In this document: in pieces, positions 46,062 through 58,590 of the stretch
Position numbering within the stretch: position 1 is the stretch's first letter
Layout of the letters: each line of letters opens with the position of its first letter
Origin: Somniosus microcephalus
Taxonomy: Eukaryota
DNA length: 64,000 nucleotides
NCBI GenBank assembly: GCA_052327205.1
Contig: CM126233.1
Location: forward strand, 35,898,001-35,962,000
Direction: 5' to 3'
The notes under the pieces: model-generated
The model's input: only the letters and a program-made list of their open reading frames with translations
Database searches by the model: none
What the model was told of the DNA's origin: nothing
Translations under genes and position numbers: made by a program

Positions 46062-47232
46062 TAGAAACATAGAAGATAGGAGCAGGAGTAGGCCATTCGG
46101 CCCCTCGAGCCTGTTCCGCCATTTAATGAGATCATGGCTGATCATCCAAATTCAGTACCCTGTCCCTGCCTTCTCCCCATATCCCTTGATCCCTTTAGCC
46201 TTAAGAAATATATCCAACTCCTTCTTGAATATATTTAATGAATTGGCCTCTACTGCCTTCTGTAGTAGAGAATTCCACAGGTTCACCACTCTCTGGGTGA
46301 AGAAATTCCTCCTCATCTCTGTCCTAAATGGCTTACCCCTTATCCTTAGACTGTGACCTCTGGTTTTGGACTCCCCGACCATCGGGAACATCCTTCCAGC
46401 ATCTAGTCAGTCTAGTCCTGTTAAAATTTTATAAGTTTCGATGAGATCCACTCTCATTCTTCTAAATGCCAGTGAGTACAAGCCCAATCGACCCAATCTC
46501 TCTTCATACATCATTCCTGCCATCCCAGGTATCAGCCTGGTGAATCTTCGCTGCACTCCTTCCATGGCAAGAACATCCTTCCTCAGGTAAGGCGACCAAA
46601 ACTGCACACAATACTCCAGATGTGGCCTCACCAAGGCCCTGTACAACTGCAGCAAGACATCCTTGCTCCTGTACTCAAATCCTCTCGCTATGAAGGCCAA
46701 CATACCATTTGCCTTCTTAACCGCCTGCTGCACCTGCATGCTTACCTTCAGCGACTGGTGCACAAGGACACCCAGGTCTCGTTGCACTTCCCCTTTTCCC
46801 AATCTATTGCCGTTCAGATAATAATCTGCCTTCCTGTTTTTGCCACCAAAGTGGATAACCTCGCATTTATCCACATTATACTGCATCTGCCATATCACCC
46901 AACCTGTCCAAATCATAGCGGAGTTTCTCTGCATCCTCCACACAGCACACATGCCCACCCAGCTTTGTGTCGTCTGCAAACTTGGAGATATTACATCTAG
47001 TTCCCTCGTCTAGATCATTAATATATATTGTGAATAACCGGGGTCCTAGCACTGATCCCTGCGGTACCCCACTAGTCACTGCCTGCCACTCGGAAAAAGA
47101 CCCGTTTATTCCAACTCTTTGCTTCCTGTCTGCCAACCAGTTCTCTATCCAAGTCAGTACCTTGCCCCCAATCCCATGTGCTTTAACTTTGCATGCTAAT
47201 CTCTTATGCAGGACCTTATCGAAAGCCTTCTG
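46062..47232 (-). mobile_element. 5'-truncated CR1 LINE, unit-2 copy
   Basis: Paralog of 11826-13007 with an extra small frameshifting deletion. Confidence 0.92.
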
Positions 47233-48644
47233 TGACTCCAGACCCACAGCAACGTGGTTGACTCTTAACTGCCCTCTGTGGTTCAAGAAGGCGGCTCACC
47301 ACCACCTTCTCAAGGGCAATTAGGGATGGGCAATAAATGCCAACCTTGCCAGCAATGCCCACATCCCAGGAATGAAAAAAAACCCAACCAACCTTAAAAA
47401 GGTGACATGAGGAAATACTTTTTTACATAATGAGTGATTAGCCTTTGGAATGCACTGCCTGATAGGGCGGTGGATACAGATTCAATTGTAACCTTCAAAA
47501 AGGAATTGGATAAATACTTGAAGGAGAAAAAATTGCAGGGAAATGGGAAAGAGCGGGGGAGTGGGACTAACTGCATTGCTCTTCGAAAGAGCCGGCATAG
47601 ACTCGATGGGCCGAATGGCCAAATGGCCTCCTTCTGTGCTGCACTATTCTATGATTCTGGTTGGTGATGAGGGAATGGAGTTCGTGGTCAGGGCCGAAGA
47701 TGTCGGATTCAATCTTCCCAAGTTCATCTGGAGGAGGTTAAAGCATCCCCGTCAGATAGAAAAATGCTACAGATGCTGGAAATCCGAAATTACAACAGAA
47801 AATGCTGGAAAAATTCAGCAGGCCAGGCAACATCCGTGGAGAGAGAAATAGAGTCAACGTTTCAGATCGAAACCCTTCGTCAGGACTGAAAAAACACAGG
47901 AAATGAAACAGATTAAAAGGCCAGTTTGGGGGCCGGGAAATGGTGATGAGAGAACAAAAGAGAAGTGAAGAGACATTAAGAGGTATTCAAAACCAGACGA
48001 GATGGTGATAGGACTGGTGGAGAGTGGCTGTGAAACTGAGTCTGATCAAACACGAGAAGGGAAACTGAAATCAATGGAGATGAACAAGGTTGAAGAGCCA
48101 AAGGGAGATCCCGTCGAAGAGAAGAGCAGAACTTCTTCAAGGTAGGCATTCCTAGAGGGGGTGTGGCAGTGAGCCTTTTAATCTGTTTCATTTCCTGTGT
48201 TTTTTCAGTCCTGACGAAGGGTTTCGACCTGAAACGTTGACTCTATTTCTCTCTCCACGGATGTTGCCTGGCCTGCTGAGTTTTTCCAGCATTTTCTGTT
48301 GTTATCCGCGTAAGATGTTGCTCTGCTCCTCCAGCTCTATAATTCTTAATTTGCCATTTTCAAAGTTGATTTTAAATCTTTTTCTCCCTTTATCTTACCC
48401 GCTGAACCCATCCGTGCGGGGGAGGGCGAGTTGCTGTTTAAATCTCACTGAGCGGGGGCTTCCACCCACTGAGTGAATCAATGAGCAGGACAGTCGCTGG
48501 TGACAGGCTGCTAATATATGCAAATCACCTGCCTGCTGGGTAATAGCAGAATGACAGAAACTGTATTTATTTCTCACACAATTATAATTATACTAGCTGG
48601 AGTGCCTGGTGGTGCCGAGGCTTTTTCGAGGGCATGTTGTTGTT

Positions 48645-49972
48645 GGAAGAGAGAGAGAGAGAGCGACTGGGGGGGAAGAGAGTGCACGACTGGGGGGGAA
48701 GAGAGCGAGCGACTGGGGGGGAAGAGAGCGAGCGACTGGGGGGGAAGAGAGCGCGCGACTGGGGGGGTGAAGAGAGCGCGCGACTGGGGGGGTGAAGAGA
48801 GCGCGCGACTGGGGGGGAAGAGAGCGCGCGACTGGGGGGGAAGAGAGAGAGCGACTGGGGGGAAGAGAGAGAGCGACTGGGGGAAGAGAGAGAGCGACTG
48901 GGGGGAAGAGAGAGAGCGACTGGGGGGAAGAGAGAGAGCGACTGGGGGGAAGAGAGAGAGCGACTGGGGGGAAGAGAGAGAGCGACTGGGGGGAAGAGAG
49001 AGAGCGACTGGGGGGAAGAGAGAGAGCGACTGGGGGGAAGAGAGAGAGCGACTGGGGGGAAGAGAGAGAGCGACTGGGGGGAAGAGAGAGAGCGACTGGG
49101 GGGAAGAGAGAGAGCGACTGGGGGGAAGAGAGAGAGCGACTGGGGGGAAGAGAGAGAGCGACTGGGGGGAAGAGAGAGAGCGACTGGGGGGAAGAGAGAG
49201 AGCGACTGGGGGGAAGAGAGAGAGCGACTGGGGGGAAGAGAGAGAGCGACTGGGGGGAAGAGAGAGAGCGACTGGGGGGAAGAGAGAGAGCGACTGGGGG
49301 GAAGAGAGAGAGCGACTGGGGGGAAGAGAGAGAGCGACTGGGGGGAAGAGAGAGAGCGACTGGGGGGAAGAGAGAGAGCGACTGGGGGGAAGAGAGAGAG
49401 CGACTGGGGGGAAGAGAGAGAGCGACTGGGGGGGAAGAGAGAGAGCGACTGGGGGGGAAGAGAGAGAGCGACTGGGGGGGAAGAGAGAGAGCGACTGGGG
49501 GGGAAGAGAGAGAGCGACTGGGGGGGAAGAGAGAGAGCGACTGGGGGGGAAGAGAGAGAGCGACTGGGGGGGAAGAGAGAGAGCGACTGGGGGGGAAGAG
49601 AGAGAGCGACTGGGGGGGAAGAGAGAGAGCGACTGGGGGGGAAGAGAGAGAGCGACTGGGGGGGAAGAGAGAGAGCGACTGGGGGGGAAGAGAGAGAGCG
49701 ACTGGGGGGAAGAGAGAGAGCGACTGGGGGGGAAGAGTGAGAGCGACTGGGGGGGAAGAGTGAGAGCGACTGGGGGGGAAGAGTGAGAGCGACTGGGGGG
49801 GAAGAGTGAGAGCGACTGGGGGGGAAGAGAGAGAGCGAGAAAGAGGGGGGAGGGAGGGGGAGGGAGGTGGAGGGGGCGGGGAGGGGGAGGGAGGGGGAGG
49901 GGGAGGGGGTGAGGGGAGAGGGAGGGGGGGAGGGGGGATGGAGGAGGGGAGGGAGGGGGAGAGGAGGAGGAT
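48645..49972. repeat. Same minisatellite, longer array, plus a G/A low-complexity tract (~49839-49972)
   Basis: Directly visible. Confidence 0.97.
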
Positions 49973-51294
49973 GAACACAAAATGGCTGGAGCCAGGTGAG
50001 ATCTCTCTGGTGATATGCAAATAAGAACATGAGGAGCAGAAGTTGGCCATTCAAGCCTGCTCTGCCATTCAATAAGATCGTGGCTGATCTTAGAGTTATA
50101 CAGCACAGAAAGAGGCCAATCGCGTCCGCGCCGGCCATCAAGCCCTGTCTAATCTAATCCCATTTTCCAGCATTTGGTCCGTAGCCTTGTATGCTATGGC
50201 ATTTCAAGTGCTCATCCAAATGCTTCTTGAATGTTGTGAGGGTTCCTGCCTCTACCACCCTTTCAGGCAGTGAGTTCCAGATTCCAACCACCCTCTGGGT
50301 GAAAAAGTTCTTCCTCAAATCCCCTCTAAACCTCCTGCCCCTTACCTTGAATCTATGCCCCCTTGTTATTGACCCCTCTACTAAGGGAAAAAGTTCCTTT
50401 CTATCTACCCTAGTTTACCTCACGGACGCAACAATTAAGCTCTGACTGACCCGAGGCTCTGCTTACTTAACGCCGATTAGACTTTGTGGCCTTAAAAGGA
50501 CACAGGTCCACCTCAGCGTAGACCGTGCATTACATTGTACAACACTGCTGTCCTCGGGATCATCCGACTCTACCTCAAGTCCACTATCCCCATATCCCTG
50601 ATTCACCTTAATATGACATACACATAAGACCCCAGTTGCAATTATGAGGTACAAATGGAGCGTGCACCACACACCTTCCATCAATTTGTACCAGGCGGTG
50701 TGCAGCCTAACCAGGGGCTCAAAACATCCCAGAAAATGCAACTTTCTATTGATGGGGCCAAGAGGAGGAGTGGCTTCTCCTGTACCCACAAAAAAGGTCC
50801 ACCCCGTTATTAAAAATAAAAGTATTGAGTTTTTGCTGCTCTCCTCTGCAGATTTTGACCAACTTTTGTTTGTCTTTCAGCTCCTTTAAGATTGTCCTGT
50901 AACCTAACCGTGGATCATCCGTGATGGGAAAAGTCAATCGACCTCCCTGGATCGTTTGGCCCTGTGGGAAAGATCAGTGTTCTCCTGATTCCAGTAACTC
51001 TGACTGTTAATTTTTTTGGGGGGAAGAAAGGGATCTTTGACTAGAAATTTTTCATCTGTATCACAGCATCAATTTCTAAAGCTACAGTATTCAAAGTAAT
51101 CATGTTTCAAAATATCAATATTTGATTTACACCAGGGAGGAGAAAAAAGTTATATTTTGTGACTAGAATGCTTACAATGACAGAAACTAACATTTATTTT
51201 TACTGTGTAATAAAGGTATTTTCATCCTAAGCACTCACTGTATGGGTCTCATCAGTTTTAGTCTCATTTCCAGCTCCTGTTTTTCCCCCTGCAG

Positions 51295-51658
51295 TATTCT
51301 CCCAAATGTGCTCCCCCAGCTAACATGGCCGAATGATGAATGTTTTTGGAAGCTGACAACTTCTCAAAGCCAACGCCAAAAAGCAGTGGGAGCTTTTCTG
51401 AGCAAGAGCAGGATCCCCAACAATTCTCTCAGATTTGCAATGCTACAGGACACAGGCAAAATAGAAACACACCGACACTGCGTACCTTGGGAGACAGGCT
51501 TGGAGAAAGCTAAATTCTTCAACGCTCATCTCTCCGCACCAAAACCAAATCAGAAAGAATTCAATAGTGGCTGGGAAAAGGAAGTGTACCATGACATCCC
51601 AACACAACCAGAATTGTTCCAAATACGAACACAGAACCTAGAAGAATACGCCCCCTAA
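51295..51658 (+). CDS. Candidate terminal exon of an unidentified gene, copy 2
   Basis: Paralog of 16626-16989; acceptor ttttccccctgcag. Confidence 0.4.
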
Positions 51659-52894
51659 TAAAACGCAACTTTCTCGGCCCAGCTAATTGTTGCTGCTGCA
51701 TTGCAGCAGATGTAAAGGAGCATGAGAGAAAGCCCCAGGAGAGGATGGTATCACCAAAGGTATGTTCAGGAAAGCACTTGGGAGACAATGGCCACGGCAG
51801 CCGAGGGCTTCACCAGCCTGTTGAGGCCGGGCTAATTCCCAAGGTGCTGGAAGCCTAATGGGAACCGTGTTCACAATGGTCCACATACCAGACAAAGATG
51901 TTAAGGATCCCAGCCTCAGGCATCACACACCGTCTCTCTAATAGCAACTTGAGGACACGGATTTCAACTCAGGCCAGGGTTCAGGAGAGGATAAGGAACA
52001 GGTTTGAGGACCCATTTACTGTCAAATCTATCAAGGGGGTCTCTTGAACACTCCCTCGCTACAGAAAAGTTAAAACTTTTTAATGAAGTCAACTGAAAAT
52101 TAATTTAGTTTATTTTAATTTCCACCTTATGAATATTAGGTGCTTATAAAAATGCATTTGTTATTATAAAATACTTAATTTTAATATTGCATTAATATTT
52201 ACACAATGGGGTTTGGCCAGTATGAGCTGGGAGCGCGCTACGGGAAACAGCCAAAGGCAAGGGTGGAGAGATGGATAGTGAGGAAGGGGGGACAACAGAG
52301 TAGGAACAATGTACGTGTAAAAGGAGAGCGATATGGCAGGAAATCTGGCCCATACACAATGCTTCCTGTATCAATAGGAACTAATAATTTAACAAAGTCT
52401 CTAACTTATTGCTGTCTTTTATAAACATTTTCTGATCCTAATCATTGTGTCATTCGGTCATGCTGTTCTGATACCAAGGCAAATTTTTATCTTTGGCAAC
52501 ACGGCTTTCCTCCTTTTCCTTAGAGTGCCAACTCCTGCAGCGTCAGTCCTGTGGGCACTTTAGATCCTCCGATACTTTGCCCATGTGACCATTCTTCTCA
52601 AAAGTTAAGATGTCAGCAGACAATCCTGCCCTCATCAGGAGCTATACGTGCACAGTTTCCAACACTGGATAACAAATCAGGAGCAGGACACACAGCCCAG
52701 TTTGTCCCTTTCCTAACCCATGAGCACGCCAACTAGTGCGTTGGGTAACTCAACCTCGACTGGGAATCAAAACCAACAATCCCAGTTCCGTGTAGTATGG
52801 TTCAGCACCACACTATTACCTACGAGGCCGCTGCGCTGATTTTCCACACAATCTTAAACACCACTGAATTGACACAACACAGTCCGTCCAAGGT

Positions 52895-53043
52895 TTAAAG
52901 TTCTTCCTGTTGTGCAAAGACAAAAGTGTTCCACGGCCCACAGACAACATCCAGGACAGAAAGGTGGTTTTGTGTGAAGTACTCAACAAGCCTTGGAAGA
53001 TCAGAGCTATCGGTCTGTCCGTGGCCAAGTTGTCCATAGTTAC
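52895..53043 (-). CDS. RCCD1: RCCD1 terminal coding exon, copy 2
   Basis: Duplicate of 18221-18369. Confidence 0.94.
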
Positions 53044-53655
53044 CTGGAAAATATAAACAATCTGTAAAACCTACTGTGGAAATAATATACTTAATATCCA
53101 ATAACATAAATAGGAGCAGGAGTCGGCCCTTCGAGCCTGCTCCACCATTCACTAAGATCATGGCTGATCTTCACCCCCACCTTCCCTCACTATCTCTCGA
53201 GTCCCTTAGTATCCAAAAGTCTATCGATCTCGGTCTTAAATATACTCAATGGTTTACTTGCATTCATACAGCACCCCATCACACTGGTAAGTCTCAAGGC
53301 ACTTCAACGGTTATGTAGGAAAAGGCAGCCGCCATTTTACCCCAGCAGCATCCCACAAACCACACCGAGGTGAATGACTAATTGGCCCATTTGATTTGCC
53401 GATAGTTGGTTGAAGGATCAATATGGGCCTGGACACAAGCAGAGCTGCCCAGTCTTTAAATAGGGCCGCGGCACCGTCAATGTCTGTCGGAACAGCGAAC
53501 AGGCACTCACTGGGAAAGATGGCACCTATAACACAACGCTCGCTCAGGGGCAGTCCAGGTCACGAGCTCAAACTCTCAACCTTCTAGTCCAGAGGCTACT
53601 AGCAACTCAACCAAAAAACCAACACTAAAGCTTGTTTCAATCGATGAATACTTAC

Positions 53656-53685
53656 CCCAGCCCCATGTGAAGAGCTTACCTCCCC
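53656..53685 (-). CDS. RCCD1: RCCD1 30-nt micro-exon, copy 2
   Basis: Duplicate of 18982-19011. Confidence 0.9.
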
Positions 53686-55341
53686 CTGGAAAAGAGGGAA
53701 AATAACAGGATTTAATAGTCAACACTGAAGCTGTGTCCCAAGTTACTTAGAAGCTTTCAATGAGTAGTTCTATTGTCAAAATCTATATATATAATGTGAC
53801 GATTAGGCCACATTTTGCCAACTACACAACTGGATAGAAGGTCGAACGTGAGCTCAAGTTCTGAGGTTTGCTAGTGATGAAAAGACATCGAAGACCTTAA
53901 TAATCTCAATAACTAATCTCTCAACATAGTGAAAGAAATGAAATCATGATGTGATGAATGGTATCTGATTTATGCCGTAGAAATTTCTAGACAATGTACT
54001 CAAATAACGAGACCCAGTAACTTTACTGAAATCAGTGATACTGTTCGCAACAGACGTGAGAGAAAGCGCCAGAGATAAACAGCATATCAGCGTCTGAAGA
54101 TAGGTTAATGTTTCAAACATTAAGCAGGGTTTCTCGTTTCAGTAGCTGATGGACCGGTTGTGTATTTCCAGCACTTTCGGTTTTCATTTCAAATTTTCAG
54201 TTTTCTCTTTTTAAGGACAGATTTTCTGCTCACTATGAATGGTGTGTGGAACTGAAATCATCTCTTATTGACAATCTGGTAGATATGAGACAGTACTGCA
54301 CTCTCACTAGGAGACCCGAATCTCAGTCGGGAATGGCATCAGGCACCTTCACAGCCAGAGTTTACCATCTCATCTGGACAGGATGGAAGGAAACGGGGAA
54401 AAGTGGGTTAAGGAAAGCACGTTTTCTGACCAACCAGCCAAGGGATGGTAGTAACAGTCCGCAGACTTCTTATTCACATAGATTCTTTTATCTTGTCTAC
54501 TGAGGAACGCTTAAGAGATTTGGGGTGGGAGGAGACTTGGAGAGCAAAGATCTCCGACACATTCACAATCTAAGATCTCAGCTGTACAGCCAAGACCTTT
54601 CACTCCTAATGTTAAAATCCTGCATTACCACAACATTAAAATGGCTAAAATAACAACAGAAAATGCTGGAAAAACTCAGCAGGCCAGGCAACATCCGTGG
54701 AGAGAAAATAGAGTCAACGTTTCGGGTGAAAACCCTTTGTCAAGACTAAAGAAGCACAGGGAATGAAATAGATTAAGAGGCCAGGCTGGGACAGAACAAA
54801 AGAGAAGAGACATTAAGAGGTATTCAAAACGAGACGAGATGGTGATAGGACTAGTGGAGACAAAAGACGGCTCCAGATTAGGTGTGAAATGCGCTGGCAG
54901 AATGGGAGACAGCTGCCATGTGGGAGAGAGGAAAAAGAAAGGGGGGGGGGGAAGGGCCAAAACAAAGGTGTGGATAAAAAATATAAAGTAAAAATGTAAT
55001 GGGGCCGAGGTTATGATCTGAAATTGTTGAACTCGATATTGAGTCCGGAAGGCTGTAAAGTGCCTAATCGAAAGATGAGGTGCTGTTCCTCGAGCTTACG
55101 CTGAGCTTCCATGGAACAATGCAAGAGGCCGCGGACGGTGAGGTCCGAGTGGGAATGGAGCGGAGAATTAAAGTGACAGGCGACCGGAAGCTCGGGGTCA
55201 CTCTTACGGAATGGCTAATTTTACAACGGAACTTAGTAGTTACACTGAGAAACTATCAAAACAAAATCAGTATTGCCACAGACCAGTCCGCCATTCTCTG
55301 GAGAAACCGTTAACCGTTACTGAGCGCCTGCTGGTACGTAC

Positions 55342-55521
55342 TGGTGACGGCCGCGGTATGCCGTGACCCACAGCTGACCTTGCCGACCTCCGACTCCTCT
55401 GGTAAATCCAGCAGTGCAGGAAATGCCTGGATTGAGATGAACACGTTCAGATCGCCCGCGGCCGCTTCTTTACTGGTAGATCTCGTCACCGTGTCGCCTG
55501 CATCGCTCAGGCTCGGAGTGC
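55342..55521 (-). CDS. RCCD1: RCCD1 exon, copy 2
   Basis: Duplicate of 20674-20853. Confidence 0.92.
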
Positions 55522-57522
55522 CTGTGTGTAAAATTGAAGTTACAGTTTAAGCTCAACATCGATATGCAAACACCAGCGAACTGTGACAAGCACGGAATGT
55601 TTACTGCTGTTTAAAATAAAGTAACGGCTAACAATAAAAGCGATGCCCACTTTATGTAACTGAACTGCATCAAGTGAAAGCAAGTAATTGAGTAGTTTGC
55701 CGGTTCCCACTGAATCCGTCTTATTTCTACTGTGGGTCGGACTCTGCACCAACTATATGTGTGCGAGGAACACGAATGTGTAGTCACGAATAGCTTTTAA
55801 CACTATTGTCCATGTGCTAATCTCTCACATGCAGTTAGTGCAAAACCAATTTTTGTAACTTTGCTAGTCTTTGCCATATCGGTGGGGAAACCACATTGCT
55901 GTCCTGTACTGACCCGCTCAGAGCTCAGCCTGCCCACAGCAAGACGCTAAAGTGCCAACACAAAAGCAAATGCTGTCGGGGGCTTTTGGTCAAAGCAGAG
56001 CAAGAGAGCGACCATTCTGGGACGATTTTGCTACTTCCAATGGCAAGAGTGTCTTGACTGCCACTGATGCTGCACTTACTGTTGGAGGCAGCCCTGTAAT
56101 ATAAAGGGACATGATAGAATCTGGGTCAGCTCATACTGAAAACAGAATGAGCAGCTCGCTTAGTTAAGCAAGTAGCTGAGCCATGAAGAGCAGGAAGGTC
56201 TCGGGACCGACGTGTCGATGGAGTTGGCTAATGGAGCAGTAGTAGGGGCACTGCAATCGCTCTCAGTGTTCCTACGTTTGGGAGAGGCAGATTCTATCAA
56301 GCAACCCTTGCTGGACAGTGCATGTGTAACATGTCAGATGAGGACAGCATCAGGATCAGAGTGATGCTCCACGCAGTCAAACTGCTGAAGTGTACTGTGT
56401 AAGCTCAAGAATGATCACTCAGGTGAGGCACCAGAGGGCAACCAGTACCCGTGAAACGGTATCCCATCAAAGGTCTTTAGGAGAGGAGAGGAGAGTGATG
56501 AGAAAAGACAGTACTCTGAATGGCAATAACTAAAATGCAGTTTGTTCGCAAAGACGATTTGTTCTGCTATGTTTCCTTGTTAATCAGGATTGCAAAGTAA
56601 TGCATTGGTGGCGACCATTCCAGAATAAATTGTGTAAACCCTTTCTAAGCTGCTGTGTGATAAGGTTTTAAAGAACAGTTGCAACTAGAAGTACCAATTA
56701 CAAGATACTGTTTATTTTACAATCGATCAGCAAAGTTCACATAAGACACATATACCACATTTCTGTATGTTACTTTTATATAAGGGGCAACCTATACACA
56801 AAGTTTTCAGACTGCAGCAAGAGGATAGCACCTGAGAGAGACAGGTCATGTTAGGTAGACTGGGAGGGAAAGGGGAACATGAAACACAGTCCAAGAGGTC
56901 ATATTTTCCTCCACCTATTGTTAGGGAAGAACTCACACTGACTTTATCACCAACATCGGTAGTAAAATATACCTGCTTGTGTGAGATGACTGGCTCTTCA
57001 AAACTAGTACAGTGACCTGGCCAGTCTCTGCTCTACACACAGAACAAACCTCTTTAGGTCGCACTGCACAACTGTATTTATCTAGGGTGCAGAGTGTCAA
57101 TGTAAACAGGGGATCTGTAACGCTGCAAAACCAAATCCCGAGTTCTTGTTGAAAACATTCTTACTTCTAAGAGGAAACTCTCGTTTAAACGGCACCGAAA
57201 TATCCGGAATTCTCTATTAACCGGCAAAATTCATACTCCGAAAACACCTTAATAACTGGCAATGTTGCCGAGTCCGAGTCTCCCGCGGTGGCCGAGTTAG
57301 TCAGTGTGGGTAGTTCTCCAAACTGCCACTACTCGGCTTCTTGGTGCTGTCGGAAGTCCGAACACCTCAATAACAGGAGTGTGACTCTTTGTTTGTTAAA
57401 AATAGCCTCGGTAGATAACCCTCTCAGTCATCCGGAATTTTTAATCAACTGGCACCATCCCGGTCCCGTCGGTGCCGGATACCAAAGAGTTTCCTGCAGT
57501 TTAAAACCACGAGTCTCCTTAC

Positions 57523-57642
57523 CCTCTCCGGAGAGCCGCTTGTGCGGAGAGGGCTTCCGATGCTCCTCCTCGGAACGTGACTTTGTCGGCAGTCCCAACT
57601 GCCCGGACTCATTCCATCCCCAGACGTACAGATCTCCTGATG
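57523..57642 (-). CDS. RCCD1: RCCD1 exon, copy 2
   Basis: Duplicate of 22843-22962. Confidence 0.92.
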
Positions 57643-58468
57643 CTAATTGTTGTAGAAAGAAAACACGAGATCTAATAGCGACAAGTTCGAATTAAATACA
57701 TCGCCAAACCAGACTTGTACATTTAACCGATGGCAGAGGATGGGAAACAGCTCACATTTACAGTCGAGTTGTGCTTGTGGTTTCTGTTATTGAGAGAGCT
57801 CTAAATAATCAGGCTACCTCCCTGTGTGGTACATTAACGGGTCCCAAACAAATTACTTTCAGAAACTGCTATTACTGGGTAAATGCATATTGTGGCTCAA
57901 AGTCCCAGGCTCAATCCTTGCTCTGTCCTGAGTTAGCAGAGGCCAGTAAGGTCACCAGATGGGTCACCGAGGATAAAGAAGGGGCCAAGGTTTCTACTGC
58001 TGATCACTATCCTGTGACTATTGCTAGAAAATGTCCACCTGTGGACATTCAGACAAGATCAGGCTCAGCTGGGATGGTTTCTTCAGTTGAATAACCTGCA
58101 GTCACTCAACATCTAGGCTCACAAAGGTTGGTCACTCGGACGAGGTACCGGGGGGCAGGTGGTGCCCACGGAAGCTTACCCCAGTACGAGTCAGTGCCTG
58201 CAGGAGAGGCAAGGAAGAAAAACTGGAGGAAAAACTATTTCAGCGCAGTCTAGTAGATATGGATCAGGGCATGGGGATGAGTATAGCTCCATCGGCACGC
58301 AGTAGTGGCGGTATCGATGCAGCTTCTTGATGGAGAAGATAAACTCCACACTATCCTTTGCCTCCAGTCCCACAGGAGAGCCAGCAGCGGAGAACTGCGT
58401 ATTAGGGGAGAAATCAGGGGTCCGTAAATATATCGCAGATAAGATGTTGCTGCGGTGACGAACCTTAC

Positions 58469-58590
58469 CACTTGCACTTACGGAATGCCAGGCCCCAGCT
58501 GCTACCTCGGCCATTGCCAGCCCGTGCAACGCCTCCACGATACGCGGCTCTGCTTCACCTTCAACACTACCGTGTCCCAACTGACCATGC
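58469..58590 (-). CDS. RCCD1: RCCD1 exon, copy 2
   Basis: Duplicate of 23789-23910. Confidence 0.93.

Noticed and set aside
48518-50141. Long ORFs of 323-517 aa (also 14349-15473)
   Set aside because: They are translations of a stop-free minisatellite, open in multiple frames on both strands.
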